Below, one piece after another: positions 21,405 to 31,624 of a stretch of DNA of 64,000 nt (position 1 is the first letter of the stretch; each line of letters starts with the position of its first letter). Under the pieces are notes generated by a model, which saw only the letters and a list, made by a program, of their open reading frames with translations, searched no databases and had not been told where the DNA came from. Origin of the DNA: Promethearchaeota archaeon Loki_b32 (lineage in GTDB: Archaea; Asgardarchaeota; Lokiarchaeia; Sigyniarchaeales; SOKP01); the NCBI GenBank assembly GCA_005223125.1, contig NJBH01000001.1:64001-128000 (forward strand), given 5' to 3'. The position numbers and the translations under genes were made by a program.

Positions 21405-21884
21405 ATGGTAAAAATGTCATATACACAATCTCCACATCTATATGATAATGAAATTGAAGAATTTCTAAAAACTGCCAAGATTGCAAGAATCTGTTCTCAT
21501 AATAAAGATGGTACTATTCATGCTGTACCAGTATGGTTCGATTATGATAATGGAAAAATAATAATAGGAACTCCTAAAGCTAGCCGTAGAGCTAGAAATA
21601 TAAAACATAATAATAATGTAACTGTGTTAATTGACGAAATTGGTCCACCAACTAGAGCAGCTATAATTTATGGTAAAGCAAGTATGGATGGAGAAGATAT
21701 GGATAAAGTAGCTCATTCTATATTCAGCAGGTATATGTCTGAAGAAGAAGCGAGAGGTTATTGGAAAGGATTATCAGAATTAACAGAGTGGGTAAAAATT
21801 ATAGTAGAACCTATTCATATAGCTTCTTTTGATTATAGTAAAGATACAAAGTACTTAGATGCTACAAAAAAGTATATCTCTTAA
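21405..21884 (+). CDS. Pyridoxamine 5'-phosphate oxidase-like (FMN/F420 split-barrel) protein
   Basis: DGTIHAVPVWF and RARNIKHNNNVTVLID motifs. Confidence 0.85.
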   Translation: MVKMSYTQSPHLYDNEIEEFLKTAKIARICSHNKDGTIHAVPVWFDYDNGKIIIGTPKASRRARNIKHNNNVTVLIDEIGPPTRAAIIYGKASMDGEDMDKVAHSIFSRYMSEEEARGYWKGLSELTEWVKIIVEPIHIASFDYSKDTKYLDATKKYIS

Positions 21885-22051
21885 AGAGAGATAATGAGAT
21901 TTTTACTAATTAAGCTTTAATATTAAATTATTCTAAGATATAGAAAAATAACTGATTTTTTAATTAACATGTTAGATAATGAAAATTTGAAACAAATACT
22001 AAAAGATGAGATTTTTAAACTACGAAATTTAGGAGAACATGCCAGAGGAGG

Positions 22052-22117
22052 TTAGCATATTTTAAAGATACTGAGGGTATAGTGACAGGTATTATGCAAG
22101 AAGATCCAAATGTTAAA
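22052..22117 (+). pseudogene. Short remnant resembling a VOC/glyoxalase C-terminus
   Basis: LAYFKDTEGIVTGIMQEDPNVK resembles the AYFKDTEGN end of VOC proteins. Confidence 0.4.
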
Positions 22118-22241
22118 TTTTTAATTTTTTTTTACACAAACATCATATAGATACTAAAAAAGCTGAATATTAAAAATAAGAAGTCTATTATACATATAAA
22201 GAAAATAGTGGAAAAACAAAAATTAGGGATTACATTTAATT

Positions 22242-22625
22242 ATGATAAAGTCAGTATTAGTCTGTGATTCGGAGGGATATCCCTTTTACTCACGGAAAAT
22301 TGATTCGAATATGGGTGAAATTGACCCAACAATATTTAGTGGCTTGATTTCGGCAATTGGGGCAATTGGAAAGGAGTTATTTAAGGAGGAAATTGCCACA
22401 ATTACTTATGGTGAAAAATATGAAATAACAATTATCACAAAAGAATTGTTTGGTAATCAAAAATCCATTTACTTTGTCTTTTTAATTGAAGGAGATGCTG
22501 ATCTTAAATTGATGAAACAACTAAGCACTAATATATTCATTGAAACTAAAAATGTTTTAAAAGATCCCTTATCTGCTAGGCAAGACATCAAGGAAAAAGT
22601 AGATAGAATACTTAATAAATTATAA
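22242..22625 (+). CDS. Longin/roadblock-like protein (eukaryotic signature type)
   Basis: VLVCDSEGYPFYSR...DPTIFSGLISAI pattern. Confidence 0.7.
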   Translation: MIKSVLVCDSEGYPFYSRKIDSNMGEIDPTIFSGLISAIGAIGKELFKEEIATITYGEKYEITIITKELFGNQKSIYFVFLIEGDADLKLMKQLSTNIFIETKNVLKDPLSARQDIKEKVDRILNKL

Positions 22626-22750
22626 TCGTCTTGGGATAAAGGTTACCTTTTATCGTATTTTGCATATATTCCTGAAATTTGATTCTTTTTATAAAAATCT
22701 GAAAGAATAACCAATTTACAGATTTGTGAGAATATTTATAAAGACTGAAA

Positions 22751-24838
22751 ATGAAATCACTAATCATGGAATCAATTAACAATTTTATTAAAAAATTCAA
22801 TTCTGAGATTGCACTATTAACGGTGATGTTTTTATTCTTTTTCCAATTAGTTGGTGCTTTAATTGAATCTATATACATGTTAGATCTCCTAAATTTAGAA
22901 CTAGATGAAAAAATAGCAGGATTATTTTTCTTATTTAGTCCAATTATTATACTAGCATTTAGAAAACAGATTCCTAACTACTTTCTTGAAGTTGTAGCTA
23001 TAGTAGCAATAATTTCACGTTTAATTTCTCCATTAATGAATTCCGCGAACAGAATTATAACTTCAGGGTTAGGTGTAGGATGTTTTATGCTTTTCTTACC
23101 AGCATATTTCTATCAATCTATAGTAAATCAAAATACAGATAAAGGGGAAAGAGTAAGTTTAAAACTTGGGATTGGCCTTGCTTCGGCTATTTTGCTTTCG
23201 ATTACATTCAGGGCACTCAATTCAACCGTTGATATTTCAATTTATGGCTTTTTTCAAATTCTTGGGTGGTTTCTTGCCATAATTGCAGGTCTAATAATAT
23301 TCAATCGAATAATGGAGCAAAAAACAGAGAGTTCTTCAAAAACTCTAGAAGAGGGAAAACATTTGTCTCAAGGAGAAGAATTAAGAAAGGTTGGGCGATT
23401 TAAAGGAGTTAAACTGCTATCTCTTGGATTATTAAGTATATTAACTCTCAGTTTTTTTGCTTTTATCAGTCCTACTGTTATTTCAAGATGGACAGAAGGA
23501 GATTATGTGACTATCACTATTGCTGTCGCAGTGATGATTGCTGTAACCATAAGTATTTTAGCATTCAAACCAAATATTCTTGGAAGGTTAAATTCAAGGA
23601 TACTGTGGATATGGAATGCTTTATTTATTGTTTCACTTGTTTTAACAATCGTAGTGCATACTTTTCCATTTCCCCCTGGTCCTTTTTCAGCACCCGTAGT
23701 CATAGGTCGCCCATTTGGTTGGTATTATTATATTCCTTTAGTGTTAATGATAGCATTATTACCTATAGTCTTTATGGATTTTACGCTCTTGAGTCGAGAA
23801 CTTATTAGACAAAAGCCAAAGCCGTCAAAGATAGGGGCAGGTTTCGTGGTAGGCAGTTTATTTTTCATTTTAGCATCATTCATGCTAATATTTACAAATG
23901 TTTGGGGTTATATAGATCCAGTGAGTCAATATTTTCGTAATTTATTCTGGCTTCCCTTCTTATTAGTAGGAATCGCAATTCCAATTATGGGAAAGGCAAT
24001 CTTTAAGAAACGATTGTTAGAGTTCAAGTCGATCTTTACTAATATAACGGAGAAAAGAATAATAGCATCATTTTTAATCATCTTACTAATTGGAACTAGT
24101 GTGTCAGTACTAGCCTGGGAATTACGTCCTAAATCACAAGATACAAGTGGGATAACCTCACTTACAGTAATGACATACAACATTCAGCAGGGCGTGGATA
24201 TAGATGGGAATAAAAATTATGATAACCAGTTAGCCGTTATTAAGGCAATTGATCCAGATATTATCGGTCTACAAGAATGTGACACAGCAAGAATGAGTCA
24301 CGGTAGTTCAGATGTTGTACGTTATTTTGCGAATCAACTGAATTATTATTCGTTTTACGGTCCAAGAACAGTTACAGGAACGTATGGAGCAGCAGTTCTT
24401 TCACGATTTCCAATAATAAATGCGAAAACATTCTTTACTTACAGCGATGTGGATGAAGTTGGCACAACTGAGGTCCAAATTAAAGTGGGCACTACCATAT
24501 TTAATGTATATGTAAGCCATCCTGCGGGAAGTGATGAGGTACATTTAGCACATATGCAAGCATTAATGGATCGTATCAGTGGTAAAACAAATGTAATCTC
24601 TATGGGCGATTTTAATGCTGAAAATGATACAATTTATTATGGTATGTCTATAGCGGTATTACAAGATGTTTGGGTGACCGCTGCATCGCGAGGGGTAGAC
24701 GGTACTAGTTTAGTTTTATCAGAACGTATAGATCACATTTTTGTATCTCTTAGTTTTACAGTTTCAGAAACTCGATATATTAGCGTTCCTGAATCTGAAT
24801 CTGATCATCCAGCACTGTGGACGGAAATCCATTTTTAA
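22751..24838 (+). CDS. Polytopic membrane protein with C-terminal endonuclease/exonuclease/phosphatase domain (Cwh43/PGAP2IP-like)
   Basis: About 13 TM segments, then MTYNIQQG, DIIGLQE, MGDFN, RIDHIF and SDHPAL EEP motifs. Confidence 0.85.
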   Translation: MKSLIMESINNFIKKFNSEIALLTVMFLFFFQLVGALIESIYMLDLLNLELDEKIAGLFFLFSPIIILAFRKQIPNYFLEVVAIVAIISRLISPLMNSANRIITSGLGVGCFMLFLPAYFYQSIVNQNTDKGERVSLKLGIGLASAILLSITFRALNSTVDISIYGFFQILGWFLAIIAGLIIFNRIMEQKTESSSKTLEEGKHLSQGEELRKVGRFKGVKLLSLGLLSILTLSFFAFISPTVISRWTEGDYVTITIAVAVMIAVTISILAFKPNILGRLNSRILWIWNALFIVSLVLTIVVHTFPFPPGPFSAPVVIGRPFGWYYYIPLVLMIALLPIVFMDFTLLSRELIRQKPKPSKIGAGFVVGSLFFILASFMLIFTNVWGYIDPVSQYFRNLFWLPFLLVGIAIPIMGKAIFKKRLLEFKSIFTNITEKRIIASFLIILLIGTSVSVLAWELRPKSQDTSGITSLTVMTYNIQQGVDIDGNKNYDNQLAVIKAIDPDIIGLQECDTARMSHGSSDVVRYFANQLNYYSFYGPRTVTGTYGAAVLSRFPIINAKTFFTYSDVDEVGTTEVQIKVGTTIFNVYVSHPAGSDEVHLAHMQALMDRISGKTNVISMGDFNAENDTIYYGMSIAVLQDVWVTAASRGVDGTSLVLSERIDHIFVSLSFTVSETRYISVPESESDHPALWTEIHF

Positions 24839-24856
24839 TTATAACTTTTTTTTTAT

Positions 24857-25738
24857 TTAGAGCCATTTTACTTTAAGAGGTTTTCGAGCGGGTATTCTGT
24901 AATAGCGTGCTTTTGGATATCCTATTGCTAGTGTGTATCCCGCTTTATGTTTTATTGGGAGCTTTACAATTTTCGCAATTGACCTCAGAGTATTGAAAAA
25001 ATTATTGATATATCCTAAAGAGCAAGTACCTAATCCTAATGTTTCAGCAGCTAACATGACTTGACAGGCTGCTAGTGCGCAATTCTCTTCTAATGATAAA
25101 GCGGTCTTAGGTGAATGGATTATTATAAGTTCAGCATCCCATCGCCATACTTCTTCGCCAAGTTTTACTATATTTAATTTTCTTTTAAATGCGGGAATGA
25201 CTTCTTCAAGTTTTCTTATAAGTTCGAGAGAAAAAGTTTTTTCTAAGGTTTTTTTTCCATCAGGATTTTCAAAAGTATCAACAAGATTCTTTATTTGAAT
25301 GTTTATTTCATTTGATAACTTCTTAAGGGTTTCACGATCTTGAACAACTGTAAAATGAACATTTTCTTGATTATGCCCTGTTGGAGAATATCTTCCTACT
25401 ATATTTAATATTTTTTCAATTAATTCTTTTGGAACAGGTTTATCTTTAAATTGCCTTCGAGATCGTCTCGTTTGAAAAAGATTTGTCAATATTTCGAAAG
25501 ATGGCAAATCTTCTTTGGGGGGAACAATCTTGAGAACCTTATCCTTATGGATTTTGAGTCGTATCGCATTAACTGGACAAACAGCAACGCACTTTCCACA
25601 CTCAAGACAAAATTCATCCGCTTCATCAACAAGGCATAAGTTTTCTGCGTCAAAATAATAATATCGACATTCTTCTATGCAGGCTTTGCATTTAGTGCAA
25701 GAATCTATATCTACAACTATTTTGGAATTTTCTAACAT
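24857..25738 (-). CDS. Nitroreductase family protein with N-terminal ferredoxin domain
   Basis: CTKCKAC, CLECGKCVAVCP, RRSRRQF, SPTGHNQE and LGLGTC motifs. Confidence 0.9.
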   Translation of the reverse strand: MLENSKIVVDIDSCTKCKACIEECRYYYFDAENLCLVDEADEFCLECGKCVAVCPVNAIRLKIHKDKVLKIVPPKEDLPSFEILTNLFQTRRSRRQFKDKPVPKELIEKILNIVGRYSPTGHNQENVHFTVVQDRETLKKLSNEINIQIKNLVDTFENPDGKKTLEKTFSLELIRKLEEVIPAFKRKLNIVKLGEEVWRWDAELIIIHSPKTALSLEENCALAACQVMLAAETLGLGTCSLGYINNFFNTLRSIAKIVKLPIKHKAGYTLAIGYPKARYYRIPARKPLKVKWL

Positions 25739-25895
25739 TTTTAAATCTCAATTAAAATAATATTACTATGATTTACCATGTAATAATATTAATTCTTTAG
25801 TATTTCTAAGCGGAAATTTTTAAAAAATTTTTATAAAAGCCGTGAATTCTTTTTCCAAATCTAATATCAAAATATAAAGATAAAGAAAAAAATGG

Positions 25896-26105
25896 ATGGT
25901 AATATTAATGCCAGAATTTAAAGTACTTACTTATATCCAACCAATGAAGCAATCTAAAAAGGATTTCCATCCTTATGAATTTGAGAAAATGGTTAATCAA
26001 CATCTTCAAGAAGGGTGGAAGATAATAAATTGTGATGGCATTTTTTTGGGAGGAGTTAGCCCAGCAAATGGCATGCACTATTGCGCATATTTAATAAAAG
26101 AATAA
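25896..26105 (+). CDS. Small hypothetical protein (DUF4177-like)
   Basis: EFKVL...VNQHLQEGWKI pattern. Confidence 0.55.
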   Translation: MVILMPEFKVLTYIQPMKQSKKDFHPYEFEKMVNQHLQEGWKIINCDGIFLGGVSPANGMHYCAYLIKE

Positions 26106-26164
26106 TTTTAAATAAAAAAAAAATCTTTTTAAATTTTCAATGTTAACAAAAATATAACAAATAT

Positions 26165-26671
26165 TTACTCGTCCCATATATAAGTAGACTCACAATACTC
26201 ATTGCCTTGCATTAAGGTTTTTGAACGCATCAATTTAAGTTTAGGATGAAATGTCTTAGCCATTGCATAATCAGGATAACAACACATGGGATAACCAAGA
26301 CCAGGTTCATTAATTTTTAAGAATGTTTTAGCCCAGAGACACTTAGTAAATCTAATTATTAATTTTTTAGGTGAATCTTCAGCGATAGTAAATTCAAGAC
26401 AATGTTGCATGAAATCGGTGCTCATTTGTTCTTTATATATTTCTTTAAATTCTTCAAAATTATCGATTGGTTTCTTATCTTTCAATAACCTCAAAATTAA
26501 AGCTCTACTCTTTTTTTTATAGAGTTCTTTAATCTTTTCTAGCGCATTCATTTCGTCCATGATTGGAGTTAAAGCTCTTATCATTTCAGTAATCCCATTA
26601 AATCGTGTTCTAAAATAATCTTCATATGATATTTCAAATGTTTCTTTAGATTTTTCATCTATATCTGGCAT
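26165..26671 (-). CDS. L-2-amino-thiazoline-4-carboxylic acid hydrolase-like (V4R-related) protein
   Basis: CLWA...CCYPD...RSKTLMQGNEYC motif set. Confidence 0.8.
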   Translation of the reverse strand: MPDIDEKSKETFEISYEDYFRTRFNGITEMIRALTPIMDEMNALEKIKELYKKKSRALILRLLKDKKPIDNFEEFKEIYKEQMSTDFMQHCLEFTIAEDSPKKLIIRFTKCLWAKTFLKINEPGLGYPMCCYPDYAMAKTFHPKLKLMRSKTLMQGNEYCESTYIWDE

Positions 26672-26828
26672 AATATATCTCCTTCCTTTTTATGATTTTC
26701 TTAAAATAAATTTTCTCATATATTTCTAGGTTATTCATTATAATCCAAAAGAGAATTAAACTTTTTTATAATAATTCAATAAATAATTTTGTATAAACTA
26801 TTTATTTATCAAGAGGAATATTAGTAAT

Positions 26829-27164
26829 ATGGAGAATGATATTAAGAAAATAGAAGAAGGAGCGAAAAAAAAAGAAAATTATATTAAAGAGAGAACCAAT
26901 AAGGAATATGCTCCTAAAATCGATGAAATTGAATCAAAACTAGGTCCTATACGCAATGAGTTTAATGCGGTTGAAAAATCCCTCGATGAGTTAGAATTAA
27001 AGATGAAAGAGTTAAAAAAAAGGAAGAGGGAATTGATTATCGCAGCACAACCTCTAATGAAAGATCTAAAAAATGTGAAAAAAGAAAAGAAAAAATTCTT
27101 AAACAAGGAATTAAAGGCAATCGCTAAAGAAAAGAATATTAAAAAGAAAGTTATTGAAAAATAA
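26829..27164 (+). CDS. Coiled-coil hypothetical protein (paralog of 20928-21323)
   Basis: KIEEGAKKKENYIKER...KIDEIESKL aligns with KIEQTAKQKETYVKNR...KISEIETEL. Confidence 0.7.
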   Translation: MENDIKKIEEGAKKKENYIKERTNKEYAPKIDEIESKLGPIRNEFNAVEKSLDELELKMKELKKRKRELIIAAQPLMKDLKNVKKEKKKFLNKELKAIAKEKNIKKKVIEK

Positions 27165-27253
27165 TCAATGTATTTTTACTATTTTCTAGCTTTTTAGTAC
27201 TAAAATTAAAAAGAGTTTTTTTCATATTTTATTTTAAAATTTTAAATTTAGCC

Positions 27254-27535
27254 TTAATTGGAAAATTCTTCTTTTATTATTTTTGTATATATTTGATATT
27301 CGTGAGGATTCAGTAATTTAATTAGTTTTCCTTTATGATGATAATGATCTGGGAGATCTATCATGAACAAATTTTGAATTAAAAGTAAATAATTGAGATA
27401 TTTTTTCTTTGAAACCAATGTTAGATAGTTTTTTGAAATTTCTGTTATTTTTCTGTTTATCCAAATTGGATCTTCTTTTTTCATCACTATTAAATATTCA
27501 TAATAGTTTAAAATTTCATCATAGTAGTCTTTCAT
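27254..27535 (-). CDS. Hypothetical protein
   Basis: 93-aa ORF, in frame with and just downstream of the MCP-like gene. Confidence 0.55.
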   Translation of the reverse strand: MKDYYDEILNYYEYLIVMKKEDPIWINRKITEISKNYLTLVSKKKYLNYLLLIQNLFMIDLPDHYHHKGKLIKLLNPHEYQIYTKIIKEEFSN

Positions 27536-27586
27536 TCTTGTTTCTGTCTCTGTCTGTATTAGTTGTGAGATATATTGGTTTTGTGT

Positions 27587-28741
27587 TTATAACTTACTTC
27601 TTGATTGTTGATAATTCAATTGTATATCATTATCTTCATTCAAAATTTTAAATAAGTTTTTCAATTCTTCACTTAAATAACCGAGTTTCTGAGCTGTTGC
27701 TGTAATTTCTTCCATAGATGCTGTTTGTTGTTCTGTAGATGAGGTAATACCTTCCACAGAATGAAAAGCTAATCTAAATTTACTTATTATCTCATTAATT
27801 TTGTCTCCCGTATTAATAACCGCTCTCTTTGATTCTTCAGCTAATTTTCTAACTTCATTAGCAACAACGGCAAATCCTGTTCCATGTTCACCAGCCCTTC
27901 CAGCTTCAATACTAGCATTTAGGGCTAATATATTCGTTTGGTCTGCTATGTTAGTGATTAAATCCATAACATTCTGTATTTCTGTTGATGAACTCATGAC
28001 TTCTTGAGTGGTAGTTGCCATTTCTTGTGTAGATGCAGATATTTCTTCAGAAGCTGCATTTACTTCACTCGCACCTGAGGCTAATTCTGTTGCAATATTT
28101 GAAATGTTAATACTGGCTTGTGAAGCAGTATTAAGAACTGTGTTTAGAGAGTTGTTAACTCGTATTATTCTTTGCTCTATTAAAGCAACTAATCCTGTTA
28201 CCAAGAGAATTGTTGCAAAAGAGATCATAATTCCTTCTCCGAAATTTGGTATTGCTGTCCCCCCCATAGATGAGTATAGTTGGTTGCAAACCACAATTAT
28301 AGCAGCTATTATAACTATCCCGAAAAATGCATGAGTTGGTGTATTTTTCTTGCGATATATTCGTATAAACAGAAATAAGCTAATTATAAGTAAAATGAAT
28401 AGTACTACTAGAATTCCACTAATAGCAATATCTAGTACTGCTATTGCGGCTAGGAATGATCGGTTCTTTATATTGTTATATTTTATAAAAGTATCGTAAT
28501 ATTCTTTGACTACTGCAATAAAGATGCTAATAACAGAAAACATTATGAATACATAAGATATCAATGATAGTTCCTCTATTACGCTTTCAAAATTGATTAA
28601 TACAAAACCAATAGCAAGTAAAATATACATTGGAAGCCAGGTTATGAGATCTCGCCTTTTCATACAAACAAATGAGAAAATTATTGCTGCTGCTACAGCT
28701 ATAAATGAAAATTCAAAAACTAAAGCATTTAATTCAAGTAT
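27587..28741 (-). CDS. Methyl-accepting chemotaxis-like transducer with multi-TM N-terminus (probable ATA/ATT start near 28741; first ATG at 28663)
   Basis: [40 protein letters not shown] hairpin signature. An in-frame hydrophobic helix lies upstream of the first ATG. Confidence 0.88.
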   Translation of the reverse strand: MLELNALVFEFSFIAVAAAIIFSFVCMKRRDLITWLPMYILLAIGFVLINFESVIEELSLISYVFIMFSVISIFIAVVKEYYDTFIKYNNIKNRSFLAAIAVLDIAISGILVVLFILLIISLFLFIRIYRKKNTPTHAFFGIVIIAAIIVVCNQLYSSMGGTAIPNFGEGIMISFATILLVTGLVALIEQRIIRVNNSLNTVLNTASQASINISNIATELASGASEVNAASEEISASTQEMATTTQEVMSSSTEIQNVMDLITNIADQTNILALNASIEAGRAGEHGTGFAVVANEVRKLAEESKRAVINTGDKINEIISKFRLAFHSVEGITSSTEQQTASMEEITATAQKLGYLSEELKNLFKILNEDNDIQLNYQQSRSKL

Positions 28742-29004
28742 TTTTTTAATTCTACCTCTTATTTTTATAATTTAGAGGATCTTGAAAATACAAGATCCTT
28801 TGGATTTATTATAGTCTTTTTGGTATGCTGTTTAGATCCTTTTTTTAGCATTATTTGTTTAAAACAATTTGGTATATGTTTTTGCATAAAAATGACCTTT
28901 TCTATGTAATTATGAAATAATTTGTATTTAAGTTTTTCTTTTTTACATAATTTGATCTATTTTTGTGCAAATTCAAAAAAACAAAAAGAAAGTAAAATTC
29001 AGAA

Positions 29005-30351
29005 TTATTTAATTTTATATTGGCTTTTCAAGAAATTTATGATATAATCTTTCACTTTATCTCGGTCTGGTAAGCTGGCAACCATTCCATATATCGCCGC
29101 GTCTCCGTCAGATGTTTTTTCTGGATTCTTAACAACTTTTTCAACAGTTTCTTGAAGATCTGTCAAGAAAGTATCAACAATCTTAGCATGGTGAGGATTA
29201 ACCATCATATGTAAAGCATTTGGAAATTGAATTCGATCTAAATGCCAACCCTTCTTATCTAAAACATCTCCTAAATAGTAAACATCAAATTTATCAGATG
29301 TAAAAGAAAAAACGCTCATTACTGGTTTTCCAATAATATAAAGCTCAGGGATTTGATTGATTCCATCAATTAACTTCTTTGTAGCATCCATAACAACTTT
29401 TGCTAAATTTAAGTATCCTTCCATCCCTAGATGTTTCATAGCTGCCCAAGCTGCTGCAATTGCCCCTCCCGGTCTTGTACCTCTCATAGAGGGTGATATA
29501 TAGATACCTCCTGACCATTCTGTATACACTGAAAATTGATGTTTCCATACTCGTTCTTTTCGATATAGTATTGTAGATGCTCCTTTTGCACCATATCCGT
29601 ATTTGTGGACATCTGCCGAAATAGATGTAACACCCGGCACAGAAAAATCAAAATCGGGCACATTATACCCAAGTTTCTTAACAAACGGTAGCATAAATCC
29701 TCCAAGACATGCATCAACATGTAATCCAACGCCATGATCTTGAGTTATAGCTCCTAATTCAGAGATAGGATCGACAACCCCTCTTGGGAAGTCACAAGCC
29801 GAACCAACGAGGAAAATTGTATTTTCAGTAATAGCATTTTCCATAGCTCGTATGTCTGCTCGATGGGTGTCTTTATTTACTGGTACTCGTACCGACTTTA
29901 CATTGAAATAATCCGCTCCTTTCTCAAATGCTGGATGAGCTGAGCTAGGTAAAACCATCTCAGGTTCTTTAATGCGGGGAAGTTTTTCCTTTGCCCAATC
30001 TCTATAAGTTTTTATAGCCATTATGATGCTCTCGGTTCCACCAGATGTCATACTTCCACAACATCTTTTATCTCCGTTAAATAAGTCAACAGCCATAGAT
30101 ACAACTTCGGTTTCAAACTTCTTCAAACTAGGGAAAGCAATTGGACTTAAAGCATTCTTAGAAAAAAACATAGTATAAGCTTCTTTGAGCATTTCAGTAT
30201 GTGAGTCTGTCGCATGATAAACAAGACTCCATACTTTTCCATCTCGCCAATTTATATCGTCTTTACGTATTTCTTCCATATCTTTCAATACATTAGATTC
30301 AGGAATACTATTTTCCGGTAAAACTACTTTTGGTCTAGCCATTTTTATCAC
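29005..30351 (-). CDS. Sphingosine-1-phosphate lyase-like PLP-dependent enzyme (group II decarboxylase)
   Basis: TSGGTES, LHVDACLGGF, SADVHKYG and GTRPGGAIAAAW motifs. Confidence 0.88.
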   Translation of the reverse strand: MIKMARPKVVLPENSIPESNVLKDMEEIRKDDINWRDGKVWSLVYHATDSHTEMLKEAYTMFFSKNALSPIAFPSLKKFETEVVSMAVDLFNGDKRCCGSMTSGGTESIIMAIKTYRDWAKEKLPRIKEPEMVLPSSAHPAFEKGADYFNVKSVRVPVNKDTHRADIRAMENAITENTIFLVGSACDFPRGVVDPISELGAITQDHGVGLHVDACLGGFMLPFVKKLGYNVPDFDFSVPGVTSISADVHKYGYGAKGASTILYRKERVWKHQFSVYTEWSGGIYISPSMRGTRPGGAIAAAWAAMKHLGMEGYLNLAKVVMDATKKLIDGINQIPELYIIGKPVMSVFSFTSDKFDVYYLGDVLDKKGWHLDRIQFPNALHMMVNPHHAKIVDTFLTDLQETVEKVVKNPEKTSDGDAAIYGMVASLPDRDKVKDYIINFLKSQYKIK

Positions 30352-30406
30352 AAAAAAGTTGAAATTATGTTTTATTATTTTAATTAATTGTTAAATAATA
30401 ACTATA

Positions 30407-31570
30407 CTAGCCCTTAAGTGATTGTAATGGATAAACTCCATTTGTATGTGCTGCTTCAATCATCCATTTTAATCGTTCAGGTGATATATCTGGATGAAAA
30501 TTGGCGGGAGATATCATAAATCCTCCCCCATGACCCATAGCAGAGATTGCATCTTTAACTGATTGTTCTACCTCTGTTTTTGATGCAGCTACTAAGATAT
30601 GTTTAGTATCAATATTACCAAATAAGCAGAGTTTATCACCCACTTTCTTTTTCACATAAATAGGGTCGACAAGAGGGGGCTCTAGGCACTGAAGTCCATC
30701 GAACCCCGAATTTACTATGAAATCTAGAAGAGAGGTTATATCTCCATCGGTATGCAGGATGTATTTGCCACCCCAGTCATGTATTTGTTCTGAAACTTCT
30801 TGAAAACAAGGAAGAAGGTACTTATCAAAATATTTTGGATTAATCATAGGTCCTCCTTTATGAGCAATATCTCCACCTTCAAGAAATATTTTTGCTCCAC
30901 AATCGGCATATGCTTTAAAAACCGTCAATGTGAAATCGGTACAAAATCGAAAACGTTCTTCAATTAATTTAGGATCATTTTTTAAAGCTCGTGCAAAATA
31001 AGCCATGCCCATTCCCTGCCAGACGGGTGGAAAGACGGATGTAAGGGCGTTTTGAGCAAAAATACAAATCTCATCCTTGATATCACGACATTTCCTAAAA
31101 ACCCCTTTATAAAATTTTTTAGCTCTTCTATATTCTTCTTTTAAATCTGGTTTAGGATATGCTTCCCAATCTTCTCTGTTTTTAATATATCCACCATAAT
31201 AATCAGGATATGGATTTCCATCAATATTTCTTACTTTATGTCTCTTCCCGAATATATCTGTCATCTCAGTTTGACTTTCAAGGATAAATGGAATATATTG
31301 GACACCTACACCATCAAAACCTAATTTATGACCCGCCCGGACTGCTTTTGCAAAGACCGATATTTCAATATCATCTAAGATTTGATTAATCTTTTCAACC
31401 CAATCATCAGGATATTTTTGTTCCATCTCATTAAAAACATCAAACGCTGTTTTCTCTGGTTTTCCTAAAATCTTATCTGCAACATTTCCATCGATATTTA
31501 TCGTATGAGTAGGAATTCTGTCTGGCTCTTCAAGATTTAATGCGGACCATATTCTTTCAAAACTATTCAT
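30407..31570 (-). CDS. Uroporphyrinogen decarboxylase-family / corrinoid methyltransferase-like protein
   Basis: EEPDRIP, LHTDG, LFGNID and GGGFMISP motifs. Confidence 0.82.
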   Translation of the reverse strand: MNSFERIWSALNLEEPDRIPTHTINIDGNVADKILGKPEKTAFDVFNEMEQKYPDDWVEKINQILDDIEISVFAKAVRAGHKLGFDGVGVQYIPFILESQTEMTDIFGKRHKVRNIDGNPYPDYYGGYIKNREDWEAYPKPDLKEEYRRAKKFYKGVFRKCRDIKDEICIFAQNALTSVFPPVWQGMGMAYFARALKNDPKLIEERFRFCTDFTLTVFKAYADCGAKIFLEGGDIAHKGGPMINPKYFDKYLLPCFQEVSEQIHDWGGKYILHTDGDITSLLDFIVNSGFDGLQCLEPPLVDPIYVKKKVGDKLCLFGNIDTKHILVAASKTEVEQSVKDAISAMGHGGGFMISPANFHPDISPERLKWMIEAAHTNGVYPLQSLKG

Positions 31571-31624
31571 AATTAATTCTTTGTGGAAATATTAAAAATT
31601 ATAATTAAGTATAGAATTTAGGTA

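Noticed and set aside
4526-27589. Genome-wide TAA reassignment suggested by several in-frame TAAs
   Set aside because: Many clearly complete genes (msrA, msrB, iorA, iorB, csp) end in TAA at the expected position.
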